Assembly: GCA_049643905.1 (NCBI GenBank)
Contig: JBARQW010000100.1
Coordinates: forward strand, 7,115-71,114
Length of the DNA stretch: 64,000 bases
Direction: 5' to 3'
Origin: Candidatus Bipolaricaulia bacterium
Lineage (GTDB): Bacteria > Bipolaricaulota > Bipolaricaulia > UBA7950 > UBA9294
The notes under the pieces were generated by a model, which saw nothing but the letters and a program-made list of their open reading frames with translations, made no database searches and had not been told where the DNA came from. The position numbers and the translations under genes were made by a program. Of the stretch, positions 48,267 through 58,529 are shown piece by piece; the first letter of the stretch is position 1, and each line of letters begins with the position of its first letter.

Positions 48267-48889
48267 TGGGACGAGACGCCGGTCCTCGCTGCAAACAGTG
48301 TCGCCGAGAGGGCGAGAAGCTGTTCATCAAGGGGGACCGCTGCTACTCGCGGAGCTGCCCATTCTCGCGGAAGGCGAAACCGCCTGGCGAAGGCCCGAGA
48401 CGCCGACGTCCGAGACGGAGCCAGTATCAGATCCACCTTCGGGAGAAGCAAAAGGCCCGACGCATCTACGGAGTGCGTGAGCGCCAGTTCCGCAGCTACG
48501 TCGCTCAAGCGAAGCGGAAGAAGGGGATCACCGGTGAGGCATTGCTGGCGCTGCTTGAGTGCCGCATGGACAACGCGGTCTATCGCGCGGGGCTCGCTTC
48601 ATCCCGTCAACAGGCGCGTCAGATGATCACGCACGGACACTTCACATTGAATGGTCGGGCGACCAACATCCCTTCGGTGATGCTGCGAGGAGGAGATGTC
48701 GTCTCGGTGAAAGAGGGCCGCCGAAGCCGAGTCAAGGCGATCGTCGAGGCGAATAAGAGCCGGGACGTTTCGCCCTGGATTGAGGCGAATTCCGAGGCGA
48801 TGACGTTCTCGGTTATTGCCTCGCCAAGCGTGGACCAAACGCGTCTGAACATCGCGGCGAACCTGATCGTGGAGTACTACTCCCGCTAG
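48266..48889 (+). CDS. rpsD: 30S ribosomal protein S4 with N-terminal Cys4 zinc finger
   Basis: 'CKQCRREGEKLFIKGDRCYSRSCPF'; S4 RNA-binding domain. Confidence 0.95.
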   Translation: MGRDAGPRCKQCRREGEKLFIKGDRCYSRSCPFSRKAKPPGEGPRRRRPRRSQYQIHLREKQKARRIYGVRERQFRSYVAQAKRKKGITGEALLALLECRMDNAVYRAGLASSRQQARQMITHGHFTLNGRATNIPSVMLRGGDVVSVKEGRRSRVKAIVEANKSRDVSPWIEANSEAMTFSVIASPSVDQTRLNIAANLIVEYYSR

Positions 48890-48898
48890 GAGAGAACG

Positions 48899-49852
48899 AT
48901 GGACGAAATGATCTTCCCCGATCAGATCAAGGTCGAAGAGCTCACTGAGACAACCGGGAGAATCGTCATAGGGCCGCTCGAGCGAGGGTTCGGCATTACG
49001 CTCGGAAACTCCCTGCGTCGAACGCTTCTTTCAGCGATTCCAGGCGCGGCGGTTGTTCGCGTTCGTTTCGCAGGCAAGTACCACGAGTACGACACGATCG
49101 AGGGCGTGAAAGAGGACGTCCTTGAGATCATTCTGAACTTGAAGGGACTCTCGCTCAGAGTGGCCGACGACGAAATGAGGCGGCTGACGCTCGAGAAGAG
49201 AGGTGCGGGCGAGGTAAAGGCCTCTGACATCAAAGTTCCGCCCGGCGTCCAGATCTTCAATCCGGATCTTCACATCGCGACGTTGAACGACAAGGGTGTT
49301 CTCGATCTTGAGTTGGAGGTCGAGGCCGGCTTCGGGTACGTGCCGGCTGAGAAGAACCGACTGGAGGACTCGCCGCTGTCGGTGATTCCTATCGACTCGG
49401 ATTTCTCGCCGGTGAGAAAGGTGAACTTCGTCATCGAGGACACGCGCGTGGGGGGGAAGACGGGATACGAGCGCTTGGTCCTCGATCTGACCACCGACGG
49501 AGGAATCCGGCCGGAAGAGGCTCTCTCCGAATCGAGTCGACTCGTGGGGCGGCATCTTGACCTGTTCAAGGACTTCGCGGAGCATCCGTTCGGCATCTCG
49601 ATCGAGGAGAGCGCGGGGCTCGTGGAGGAGGAACTCGGGATCCCGCTTCTGGATCTTGACATCGACCAACGCGCCTGCAATCTGTTGCACGAGGCGGAGA
49701 TCACGACGCTCAAAGAGCTTCTCTCGCACCCTCGAGAGGAGCTGTTGGACATTCACGGATTCGGGGCGAAGACGCTGAACAAGGTGGATGATCGGCTCAC
49801 GGAGCTCGGCTACGCTCTTCGGACCGAAGAGGAGATGCGCAGTGAGGCATAG
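48899..49852 (+). CDS. rpoA: DNA-directed RNA polymerase subunit alpha
   Basis: 'GPLERGFGITLGNSLRR', C-terminal domain 'DIDQRACNLLHEAEITTLKELL'. Confidence 0.95.
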   Translation: MDEMIFPDQIKVEELTETTGRIVIGPLERGFGITLGNSLRRTLLSAIPGAAVVRVRFAGKYHEYDTIEGVKEDVLEIILNLKGLSLRVADDEMRRLTLEKRGAGEVKASDIKVPPGVQIFNPDLHIATLNDKGVLDLELEVEAGFGYVPAEKNRLEDSPLSVIPIDSDFSPVRKVNFVIEDTRVGGKTGYERLVLDLTTDGGIRPEEALSESSRLVGRHLDLFKDFAEHPFGISIEESAGLVEEELGIPLLDLDIDQRACNLLHEAEITTLKELLSHPREELLDIHGFGAKTLNKVDDRLTELGYALRTEEEMRSEA

Positions 49853-50195
49853 ACGAACGGTCGACAAGATGGGAATGGTGAAGAGCCACCGCAGAAGCGT
49901 GTTGGCGAACCTGAGCAACGCTCTCATCCTTCACGAGAAGGTTGACACGACGTTCACACGGGCGAAAGCGGTGCAGCGATTCGCTGAGCGTCTGATCACG
50001 CTAGGCCGGCGTGGAGACCTGCATGCGCGGAGGATCGCCTTCTCCCGGTTGGGCGACAAGTCGGCCGTCGACAAGCTGTTCAGCGAGATCGGCCCGAGGT
50101 TCGAAGAGAGAGCCGGAGGATACACACGCGTCGTCAGACTCGGTCCCCGCCGTGGTGACGGAGCTGAGTGCGCACGGTTGATGCTCGTCGAGTAG
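49842..50195 (+). CDS. rplQ: 50S ribosomal protein L17
   Basis: GTG start giving 'MRHRRTVDKMGMVKSHRRSVLANL', the conserved L17 N-terminus. GGAG SD. Overlaps the rpoA stop by 11 nt. Confidence 0.85.
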   Translation: MRHRRTVDKMGMVKSHRRSVLANLSNALILHEKVDTTFTRAKAVQRFAERLITLGRRGDLHARRIAFSRLGDKSAVDKLFSEIGPRFEERAGGYTRVVRLGPRRGDGAECARLMLVE

Positions 50196-50244
50196 TCTCA
50201 AGGGCGGTCGCGCCCTGAGGCACGTACGGAAGATAGTTTCGGTC

Positions 50245-50271
50245 GGCCCCGGTATCGGGGCCGTTCCATTT
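50245..50271 (+). terminator. candidate intrinsic terminator at the end of the ribosomal/alpha operon
   Basis: GGCCCCG-GTAT-CGGGGCC hairpin followed by GTTCCATTTC; a second hairpin AGGGCG-GTCG-CGCCCT lies at 50201-50216. Confidence 0.5.
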
Positions 50272-51248
50272 CACGCGCCCGCGGTGGCGGATCCCATCCG
50301 ATCTCGTCGCTCGCGTAGACGAGTCAGCATGTCCACGGTCATTTCCGCGAGACCATAGCTGGGTTTCCAGCCCCATTCCTCGCGAGCCGCGCGATCATCG
50401 ACGGTCTTGGGCCATGAATCGGCGATCGCTTGCCTGGAATCCGGCGCGTACGAGCACGTGAATCCATCGATGTGCTTGCGGATCTCTTCCGCCAGCTCGG
50501 CGGCGGAGAAGCTCATCGCACCGACGTTGAACGTGCAGCGATGTCGAAGCTTCGAGGCGTCTGCCTCCATGAGGTCGATTGTCGCCTTGATGCAGTCGGG
50601 CATGTACATCATCGGCAGCACGGTGTCAGGTCGGACGAAACAAGTGTAGGAACCCGTGTCGACAGCGTGGTAGAAAATCTCGACCGCGTAGTCCGTCGTG
50701 CCGCCACCAGGTGGAGTCTCGCTGGAGATGATTCCAGGGTAGCGTAGACCGCGCACGTCAAGTCCGTATCGCTTCACGTAGTAGTCGCCGAGAAGCTCAC
50801 CCGACACCTTGCTGATTCCGTACATCGTGGTCGGCTGGAGGATCGTCTCTTGTGGTGCGGGATCGCGCGGGGTCTCCGGCCCAAAAACGGCGATGGAGCT
50901 TGGCAGACAGACGCTGTCGAGTCGTTTCTCGCGTGCGACCTCCAGGACATTGATCAGCCCGTCGATATTCACCCTCCATGCGAGCTGGGGGTTCTCTTCT
51001 CCTTTCGCCGAAAGGATCGCGGCGAGGTGGTAGACGGAGCCGATCTGGTGCTCTTCGATGGCCCGCGCGAGGTCTTCTCGATCGGTGACGTCGACAGTGA
51101 TGAACGGTCCGGATGCACGCAGGGTCGCGCTGGGGGGCGTGCGATGACCGGCAGCTACAACGGTTTCGCTTCCGTAGCGCTCGCGGAGCGCGAGCGTCAA
51201 CTCAGAACCGATCTGGCCGACGGCTCCCGTGATGAGGATTCTCTTCAT
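50271..51248 (-). CDS. NAD-dependent epimerase/dehydratase family protein (L-threonine 3-dehydrogenase-like / UDP-glucose 4-epimerase-like)
   Basis: 'MKRILITGAVGQIGSEL' Rossmann GxxGxxG, 'YGISKVSGE' catalytic YxxxK; 325 aa. Confidence 0.8.
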   Translation of the reverse strand: MKRILITGAVGQIGSELTLALRERYGSETVVAAGHRTPPSATLRASGPFITVDVTDREDLARAIEEHQIGSVYHLAAILSAKGEENPQLAWRVNIDGLINVLEVAREKRLDSVCLPSSIAVFGPETPRDPAPQETILQPTTMYGISKVSGELLGDYYVKRYGLDVRGLRYPGIISSETPPGGGTTDYAVEIFYHAVDTGSYTCFVRPDTVLPMMYMPDCIKATIDLMEADASKLRHRCTFNVGAMSFSAAELAEEIRKHIDGFTCSYAPDSRQAIADSWPKTVDDRAAREEWGWKPSYGLAEMTVDMLTRLRERRDRMGSATAGA

Positions 51249-51377
51249 TCCCGATTCCATCCTCTCTTTGTTGGGGTGTTGTCGCCGATTGTACGCAACG
51301 ACGGGCCTAGCTAGCACGGTTGCTGTGCCAAGTTGCCTTGGGTATCGTCGGAGCTTGAGCCGACGGAGGCATCCTTC

Positions 51378-52274
51378 ATGGTTTTCCTTGACGTCACGAT
51401 TCCGGTGTTCCTCGTTGCTGGCGCCGGGTTTGTTTTTGGGCGGATTGCGAAACTGGACGTCAGCGTTCTCGGACGGATCGTCTTTAACGTCTTCGGCCCA
51501 GCGCTGATCTTCCGCTCTCTCTACTCGGCGGACGTGACTGGGAACGAAGTCGCGCGGATCGCCGTCTTCGTTCTCGCTCTCCACGTGGTGCTGTTCGCGC
51601 TGTCGAGGCTCATGGGGCGTCTGCGCCGGTGGGACGACGACACGCAGGCGGCCTCGTCTCTGGCTCTGGTACTCGGGAATTACGGATCGTACGGGTTGCC
51701 GGTCGTCTACTTCGCGTTCGGTGACCGTGGACTCGTTTACGCAGTAATCTTCTTCATCACCTCGGTCCTCATTCAGTCGACTTTGGGCGTCGGTATTGCG
51801 TCGTGGAAGCGCGGGATGCGCCCGTGGGGTGTGTTGGCCGGGGTCTTCCGCGTCCCGTGGATCTATGCGTTCCTCCTTGCGCTCGTGCTGCGCCTTGCAG
51901 ACGTCACGCTTCCGACCGGCCTCTGGCGGAGCGTCGAACTCCTCGCGGACGGCGCGATCCCGGCCCAGCTCGTCACTCTGGGGCTCGAGCTCTCCCGTCT
52001 CAGGCTTCGCTCGATCGCCGCGGCGACGGTCGAGATTTCGCTCGCCAGGACCATCTTCCCACCGTTGGCGGCACTGGGGCTCGCTGCAGCCGTTGGTGCC
52101 GAGGGACTTCTCTGGTCGGTTCTCGTCCTTCAGGCGAGCATGCCGAGCGCGATCAACTCGATGATCCTCTCGATCCGTTACGATCGGCGCCCGGAACTGG
52201 TGGCGAGCGTCGTCTTCGTCACGACGGTTCTGAGCCTCGGATCGGTCTCGCTCCTCCTTCACATGATCCGGTGA
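51378..52274 (+). CDS. AEC (auxin efflux carrier) family transporter
   Basis: 298 aa, about 10 TM segments. ATG at 51378 with a GGAGG SD (8-nt spacing). Confidence 0.7.
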   Translation: MVFLDVTIPVFLVAGAGFVFGRIAKLDVSVLGRIVFNVFGPALIFRSLYSADVTGNEVARIAVFVLALHVVLFALSRLMGRLRRWDDDTQAASSLALVLGNYGSYGLPVVYFAFGDRGLVYAVIFFITSVLIQSTLGVGIASWKRGMRPWGVLAGVFRVPWIYAFLLALVLRLADVTLPTGLWRSVELLADGAIPAQLVTLGLELSRLRLRSIAAATVEISLARTIFPPLAALGLAAAVGAEGLLWSVLVLQASMPSAINSMILSIRYDRRPELVASVVFVTTVLSLGSVSLLLHMIR

Positions 52275-52275
52275 A

Positions 52276-52304
52276 TTGCGGATTCTCGCCTTCCTATCTA
52301 TACT
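52276..52304 (+). promoter_or_regulatory. candidate promoter giving a leaderless hyuA transcript
   Basis: TTGCGG-17-TATACT. The -10 ends 9 nt before ATG 52314, and no SD is present. Confidence 0.45.
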
Positions 52305-52313
52305 GCGGTCAAG

Positions 52314-54356
52314 ATGGCCTCGGCGATCGGGATCGACATCGGCGGCACTTTCATCGACATCGTCATCGCCGACGAAGAAGGCGTCCGATTCGTCAAGGTC
52401 CCTTCCTCGCCGGATTGTCTGTCCGATGGTGTTCTCCAGGGTCTGACGAGGCTTGTTGAGTCAGGCGCCATCGATCCAGCTGGTGTCGAGAGGGTGATTC
52501 ACGGCTCGACGGTGGCGACGAACGCCTTGCTGGAAGGATCGTGGGGAAAGACAGCGCTCATCACGACGCGCGGATTCCGTGACGTGCTGGAGATCGGGCG
52601 ACAGCAGCGGCCCCATCTCTTCGACACGCTCTATGAGCGCCCGGCCGCCATCGTGCCGCGTGACCTCCGTTTCGAGGTGACGGAGCGACTCGATTCGAAG
52701 GGAAGGGTCCTCGTTCCACTCGATCCTGAGGACGTCAAGGGTCTTCTTCCGCTTCTGCGAGACGTGGACGCAGTAGCGATTGTCTTCCTCTTCTCGTTTC
52801 TCGATCCCACCCACGAGCAAGAGGCCGGACGGATCTTATCGGCGGCTCTGGACATCCCGATTGTGCTGTCGAGCGACGTCCTCCCGGAATTCCGTGAGTA
52901 TGAGCGGACATCGACCACCGTCGTCTCCGCGGCGCTTCGTCCGGCCGTTGGCGAGTATGTGTCGACATTGGAGGAGGGAGCGCGAGAGATCGGACTCCCC
53001 GGGCGCTGGCAGATCATGCAGTCGAGCGGCGCCGTGGCGAGTGCGGAGGTGGTGGAGCGAGACCCGGCGCGTGTTCTCCTGTCCGGCCCTGCAGGCGGAG
53101 TCGAGGGTGCGCGCGCGATCGGGGGTCTCGTCGGCATAGCCAACCTGATCGCGATGGACATGGGGGGCACGAGCTGCGACGTTTCTCTGATTCGTGACGG
53201 CCGAATCGGATGGTCGACGAGCGGGAACATCGGGGGGCACCCGGTCGCGTTGCCGATGGTCGAGATCCATACGATCGGCGCTGGAGGCGGGAGCATCGCT
53301 TGGATCGACGACGGGGGCGCGCTTCGCGTCGGACCGGAGAGCGCAGGCGCAGTTCCCGGTCCAGCGTGCTACGGCCGGGGCGGCCTTCGCCCGACCGTAA
53401 CCGACGCACATGTCGTCCTCGGCCACGTGCCCGCGGACCGGCCGATCGGGGGGCTTGCGACGCTGGGCCTGGAGAAGGCGGTCTTTGCGGTTCAGACGAT
53501 TGCTGATCGACTCGGGATGACGATCGAAGAGACCGCACTCGGGATCCTGGAAGTGAGTGATGCGGCAATGGAACGCGCGATCCGCGTGATCTCGGTCGAG
53601 CGCGGCCAGGATCCGCGCGACTGCGCTCTGGTCGCGTTCGGAGGTGCAGGTCCGCTCCACGCGATCAGTGTAGCGCGCCGTCTGTCGATGCTGCGCGTGA
53701 TCGTGCCTGAGTGCGCCGGCGTCCTCTCCGCATACGGGCTGCTGACCGCAGACGCCGGTCACGACTACAGTCGCAGCGTGCTCCGGCCACTTCAATCCGT
53801 CTCGGCGTCGGCGATCGATCGGATCGTCGACGAGCTTCGGACTTCGGGTGCGGAAGCTCTGCGCGCGGAAGGCATGCGCGATGGCGGGATTCGCTTCCGC
53901 GTCTCTGCCGATCTTCGCTACGTCGGTCAGTCGCACGAACTGAACGTCGATCTGCCGTCCAACGAGCGGGTCGGTGTCGCAGAGAGCGGAAGCCTCGAGG
54001 CTTCGTTTCACGGGATGCACGCGGACCGTTTCGGGCACGCGGCGCCCGACGAGGAGATCGAGCTGATCACCCTACGGGTTCGTGCGTATGCGCCATCTGG
54101 CGGGCTCGATCTCTCTCGCGGAGGAGCGACTGAAAACGCGAAGGACGTGGAAGGGGAAGCCTGGTTCGATGCCGCGGGACCGACGAGAACACGCTTTGTC
54201 GACCGTCGGGGCATCGAGGTCGACGAGAAACTCGCAGGACCGATGGTCGTGCTGGGCGAGGAGTCGACCCTCCTCATCCCAGAAGGAGTCCGCGGGAAGC
54301 GAGATCGGCACGGGAACATCATCCTGGAGATCGCAAGCGTGCTGGAGGTGCGATGA
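52314..54356 (+). CDS. hydantoinase/oxoprolinase family subunit A (N-methylhydantoinase A / acetone carboxylase beta-like)
   Basis: 'AIGIDIGGTFIDIV' ASKHA N-terminus, second 'IAMDMGGTSCD' motif. Confidence 0.85.
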   Translation: MASAIGIDIGGTFIDIVIADEEGVRFVKVPSSPDCLSDGVLQGLTRLVESGAIDPAGVERVIHGSTVATNALLEGSWGKTALITTRGFRDVLEIGRQQRPHLFDTLYERPAAIVPRDLRFEVTERLDSKGRVLVPLDPEDVKGLLPLLRDVDAVAIVFLFSFLDPTHEQEAGRILSAALDIPIVLSSDVLPEFREYERTSTTVVSAALRPAVGEYVSTLEEGAREIGLPGRWQIMQSSGAVASAEVVERDPARVLLSGPAGGVEGARAIGGLVGIANLIAMDMGGTSCDVSLIRDGRIGWSTSGNIGGHPVALPMVEIHTIGAGGGSIAWIDDGGALRVGPESAGAVPGPACYGRGGLRPTVTDAHVVLGHVPADRPIGGLATLGLEKAVFAVQTIADRLGMTIEETALGILEVSDAAMERAIRVISVERGQDPRDCALVAFGGAGPLHAISVARRLSMLRVIVPECAGVLSAYGLLTADAGHDYSRSVLRPLQSVSASAIDRIVDELRTSGAEALRAEGMRDGGIRFRVSADLRYVGQSHELNVDLPSNERVGVAESGSLEASFHGMHADRFGHAAPDEEIELITLRVRAYAPSGGLDLSRGGATENAKDVEGEAWFDAAGPTRTRFVDRRGIEVDEKLAGPMVVLGEESTLLIPEGVRGKRDRHGNIILEIASVLEVR

Positions 54357-55972
54357 TCGACGCCGTGACGCTCGAGGTGATGCGCCATGCGTTGATCGCC
54401 GTCGCCGAGGAGATGAATGCGAACCTGGTACGCACCGGATACAGCCCGAACATCAAGGAGCGACGAGACTGCTCGTGCGCCGTCTTCGACGCCGCCGGGA
54501 GGATGGTTGCACAGGCGGAGACGATTCCTGTCCACCTCGGGGCGATGCCGGCTTCCGTCGAGGCGGCGATCGACGGTGTCGAGAGCCTTGTTGCCGGCGA
54601 CATCGTTGTTCTCAACGACCCGTACACGGGCGGTGCGCATCTGCCGGACATCACGTTTGTGGCGCCGGTCTTCGCCGATCAAGCGCTGGTCGGCTACGTC
54701 GCCAATCGCGCCCATCACGCCGACATCGGCGGCAAGGAGCCTGGCAGCCTCGCTGGAGACACGCGTGAGATCTATCAAGAGGGCCTGCGGATTCCGCCGG
54801 TTCGCCTGTGGAAAGGAGGCGAAGTCGACCGTGATCTTGCGGATCTCATCTTGCTGAACGTGAGGACGCCGGAGGAGCGATGGGGCGACCTCCGCGCGCA
54901 GCGCGCGGCTTGCCGAACCGGGTGCGAACGGATCGTAGAGGTTGTCGCTCGTTACGGCCTGGCGCGGTTGCACGAGGGGATGAGCGCGATCCTCGACTAC
55001 TCGGAGCGGCGGATGCGCTCCGAGATCGCACGTCTTCCCGAGGGGACGGTGGCCTTCGAGGACGTCCTCGATGACGACGGACTTGGCAACGGTCCGATCT
55101 GCATTCGCGCAACGATCGCCGTGCAACGTGATCGGATCGTCGTCGACTTCTCCGGCAGCTCGCCTCAGGTTACCGGTCCGGTGAACGCTGTCTTCGCAGT
55201 GACCTCGTCCGCCGTTTTCTACGCCATCCGAGCGGTGACCGATCCGGAAATCCCGGCGAACGCAGGCTGCTATCGGCCGATCGAGGTGATTGCCCCCGAA
55301 GGGAGCGTCGTTCACGCGCGATCGCCTGCCCCCGTCGTCGGCGGAAACCTGGAGACCTCTCAGCGGATCGTCGACGTGATTCTCGGAGGGTTCGGAAGGA
55401 TTCTGCCGGAGAGAGAGATCGCGGCGAGTCAAGGGACGATGAACAACACGGCGATTGGAGGAATCGATCCACGGAATGGGCAGCCGTACACGCTCTACGA
55501 GACGATCGCCGGAGGGTGGGGGGCGCGCCCGACCGCCGATGGGGTCGACGGCATGCACTCGCACATGACGAACACGCTGAACACGCCGATCGAGGCGCTC
55601 GAGGTTGCGTATCCCCTTCGCGTTGAGAGGTATGAGCTTGTGGCGGGAACCGGCGGGGCAGGCCGCTTCCGCGGAGGTCTAGGGATTCGACGCGACATCA
55701 CCGCGGTCGAGCATGAAGCCAGAGTCTCACTCCTTTCCGATCGTCGAACGCACCGTCCCTACGGCGTCGCGGGAGGGACTGCCGGGGCAGCCGGCGCGAA
55801 CGTTCTCATCAAGCCAACTGGTGAGGAGGTTCCGCTTCCTGGCAAGGGAAGCGTCTTTCTCGCATCCGGCGAGACGATCAGCGTTCGAACCCCAGGCGGC
55901 GGAGGGTACGGCGATCCTGGCGATCGGGCCGAAGAGGCGCTAGCCCGGGATCGACGCGAGGGCCGCGTCTAG
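54353..55972 (+). CDS. hydantoinase/oxoprolinase family subunit B
   Basis: 'DAVTLEVMRHALIAVAEEM', 'RDCSCAVFD', 'VVLNDPYTGGAHLPD'; ATGA overlap with subunit A. Confidence 0.85.
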   Translation: MIDAVTLEVMRHALIAVAEEMNANLVRTGYSPNIKERRDCSCAVFDAAGRMVAQAETIPVHLGAMPASVEAAIDGVESLVAGDIVVLNDPYTGGAHLPDITFVAPVFADQALVGYVANRAHHADIGGKEPGSLAGDTREIYQEGLRIPPVRLWKGGEVDRDLADLILLNVRTPEERWGDLRAQRAACRTGCERIVEVVARYGLARLHEGMSAILDYSERRMRSEIARLPEGTVAFEDVLDDDGLGNGPICIRATIAVQRDRIVVDFSGSSPQVTGPVNAVFAVTSSAVFYAIRAVTDPEIPANAGCYRPIEVIAPEGSVVHARSPAPVVGGNLETSQRIVDVILGGFGRILPEREIAASQGTMNNTAIGGIDPRNGQPYTLYETIAGGWGARPTADGVDGMHSHMTNTLNTPIEALEVAYPLRVERYELVAGTGGAGRFRGGLGIRRDITAVEHEARVSLLSDRRTHRPYGVAGGTAGAAGANVLIKPTGEEVPLPGKGSVFLASGETISVRTPGGGGYGDPGDRAEEALARDRREGRV

Positions 55973-56511
55973 CTCCTCAACGTACGGGGAGTGCAGAGAA
56001 TCTCTGAGGCTTCATCCAAGGCGACCGATCCGTTAGTCTCGTCACATTCGAGGGGCGAACGCCCCTGGCCAGCCGTGAAGGCTGCTTGGTGGTCCGACTG
56101 GCGAAAGCCGACTCGACACGCAGTAGTTCGCGCAGGCAGGAACCGCACGTACGAAACAAGGGGAAACAGAGTGGCGCGTTGTATGGCGCGACCGCCACGC
56201 GCTGCATCGAGGAGGTGGGACATGAGAGCGCAGAGAACACTGAGGCGCAGCACGCCGACGGAGAGACTCTGGGGCGAAGAGCCGACGTAGCACGGCCTCT
56301 TGGAGACGTACGCGTCGCGCGAGGAAGCGAGGGAACACGCCCCGTCCTACCTCGAGGACCTGGAGTCCGGGTTGCGAAGTGGTGCGTTCGATCTCGACCG
56401 GTCGCGCCGTGGCCGTACTTTGACGTGTCGATCAGCCAGTACCTGCAGCGAATCGAATCGCTTGGAGAGAATCCGGAGGACTACGACAGCATCTGGTACT
56501 ACTTCTAGGGC

Positions 56512-56964
56512 CTACGGCTCGGGAGGGCCCGAGATCCGCACCATTTCCCACGTGAACTCATATGTGCTGCCTGCGAAGGTCTGGGAACCGGTTCCGGACA
56601 TTCGCGTTTCGTCGAAGTCACCGTCGAGTGAGATCGAGACGGAAAGCGGCGGGTCGATCTGATCGATGACGCCGGATGCCTCCACTCGGATCGAGCGCGC
56701 ACTCGTTCGTCCGCCCGAGATTGTGAGATCGAAAGGCTGAGATCCCGGCCCCATGAGAATGACCGTACCGGAGAGGTCTCGATCGACGTGCGTTAGGTCG
56801 AGCGAGATCGGGCTTCGAAAGCCCGTCGACTGACCTTCGGTCCACAGGAGCGTGCCTTCCCAGGTGCCGGTAAGATCGATGCGAACAGGAGAAACGCAGC
56901 CGCCCAGCACGATGGCGACGAAAAGCACAACGCGAACCAGGATCGCTCTCTGTAGGCGGGACAC
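56512..56964 (-). CDS. small lipoprotein of unknown function
   Basis: Lipobox 'VLGGC'. GTG start preceded by AGGAGGAAGAC. 150 aa. Confidence 0.55.
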   Translation of the reverse strand: MSRLQRAILVRVVLFVAIVLGGCVSPVRIDLTGTWEGTLLWTEGQSTGFRSPISLDLTHVDRDLSGTVILMGPGSQPFDLTISGGRTSARSIRVEASGVIDQIDPPLSVSISLDGDFDETRMSGTGSQTFAGSTYEFTWEMVRISGPPEP

Positions 56965-57093
56965 GTCTTCCTCCTATGCGTGAGCAGTCTATGGATGAAC
57001 AGTCTCTCGCTTGCCTCATCGATTCCGAAGGAGACGTGGACTGCGCGTGGAGGACGTTCGGCACCTTCTCAATGCGTTTGACTGGACGCTCAA

Positions 57094-58395
57094 CTAGAAC
57101 AAGCCGACGTAGATCGCGACGACATCGAGGACACTGGCGACGGCGCAGGCGGCGAGTGCCGTCGGAACCCCGCGCTTGATCCATGCTCTTGCCGTGATCG
57201 GTGACCTCGTCTTCTCGCTACACGAGATCACGAGTACGTTGGACGTTGCGCCGATCGGGGTCGCGTTCGCGCCGAGTCCCACGCCGAGCGCGAGGGCCCA
57301 CCAAAGCGGACCGACGGCGATGCCTTGAGCTTCCAGGCCGGCGAGAATCGGGAGCATCGCAATCGTGAACGGGACGTTGTCGACGAGCGCGGACATCAAG
57401 GCCGATGACCACAGGATGGCGAGCGACGCGAGGACGATTCCGTGGCTTGTCATGGATGCGATGGCCGTCGCAACAACGTCGAGCGCTCCCGAGGCTTCGA
57501 GCCCGCCGACGATGACGAACAGGCCGATGAAGAAGAGGAGAACGTCCCAGTGAACCTCGCGGAGGGTTTCCTTCAGGTTGGGCCAGATACACAGCAAGCC
57601 GGCGCTTGCCCCCATCAGGGCGACCGTGCCGGACTCAAGTCCTATCCTCTCATGGATGAAGAAGAGCACGACGGTTCCTGCGAGAACGGAGAGCATTCGA
57701 CGCGTTCCGGAGCGGTCCGTGATCACACTCCTTTCGTCCATCGCCAGAAGCCGATCGATGTTCTTCGGTTTCATGGTCAGCTCTGAGCGGAAGAGCAAAA
57801 GGAGCAATCCCATCGCAACGATCCACGTGACGATCACGATCGGCGCGAGGTGGGTGAGGAAGTCCATGAACGATAGGCCGGCCGCGGAGCCGATCAGGAT
57901 GTTCGGCGGATCGCCGATCAGCGTGGCGACGCCGCCGATGTTCGACAGCATCACTTCGCCGATTAGGAACGGGATCATCGGAACCCCGAGAATGTCTGCG
58001 AGCGACATGGTTATGGGGATCATCAGGATGATCGTCGTGACGTTGTCGAGCACCATCGAGACGAGGGTCGTCGCGAGCGCCAGGTAGATGAAAAGGAGCC
58101 ACGGCTTGCCGCGCGCGAGCTTGGCCGCCCGGATCGCCACGTACTCGAAGAACCCGGTTCTTCGGAACAGCCCGACGATGACCATCATGCCGAACAGCAA
58201 GAAGATCGTGTTCGCATCGGTCGCCGCGACCGCCTCCTCGGACGAGTAGAACGAAAACCACGTTCCGGCCACAAGCATGGCGACCGCTCCGATCACAGCG
58301 ACGAGCGTTCGATGCACCCGTTCGGTGAGGATCCCCGCGTACGTCAGCACGAAGATGGCGGTCGACAGCGCGATGGGCCAGAAGTGGGGGAGCAT
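57094..58395 (-). CDS. ArsB/NhaD-superfamily permease (anion/ion transporter, CitMHS-like)
   Basis: Polytopic membrane protein with duplicated halves and 'GDPPNILIG' motif. Confidence 0.65.
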   Translation of the reverse strand: MLPHFWPIALSTAIFVLTYAGILTERVHRTLVAVIGAVAMLVAGTWFSFYSSEEAVAATDANTIFLLFGMMVIVGLFRRTGFFEYVAIRAAKLARGKPWLLFIYLALATTLVSMVLDNVTTIILMIPITMSLADILGVPMIPFLIGEVMLSNIGGVATLIGDPPNILIGSAAGLSFMDFLTHLAPIVIVTWIVAMGLLLLLFRSELTMKPKNIDRLLAMDERSVITDRSGTRRMLSVLAGTVVLFFIHERIGLESGTVALMGASAGLLCIWPNLKETLREVHWDVLLFFIGLFVIVGGLEASGALDVVATAIASMTSHGIVLASLAILWSSALMSALVDNVPFTIAMLPILAGLEAQGIAVGPLWWALALGVGLGANATPIGATSNVLVISCSEKTRSPITARAWIKRGVPTALAACAVASVLDVVAIYVGLF

Positions 58396-58529
58396 GATGA
58401 GGCGGAAGCATATCGCTTGGGACACAGCTCGTCAAGGCGTGAAGCGGCGGCTGTAATGACCGCAATCTGGGGCTTTCCGCGCTCGCTGAGAGGGAGTTGC
58501 GAAGTATAATGCGGGGAAAGGCGGAACGA

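Noticed and set aside
50271-52262. The 663-aa minus-strand ORF as a single gene
   Set aside because: Only the last 325 codons (from MKRILITGAVGQ at 51248) are protein-like. The upstream part is Arg/Asp-rich junk and overlaps the AEC transporter gene on the other strand.
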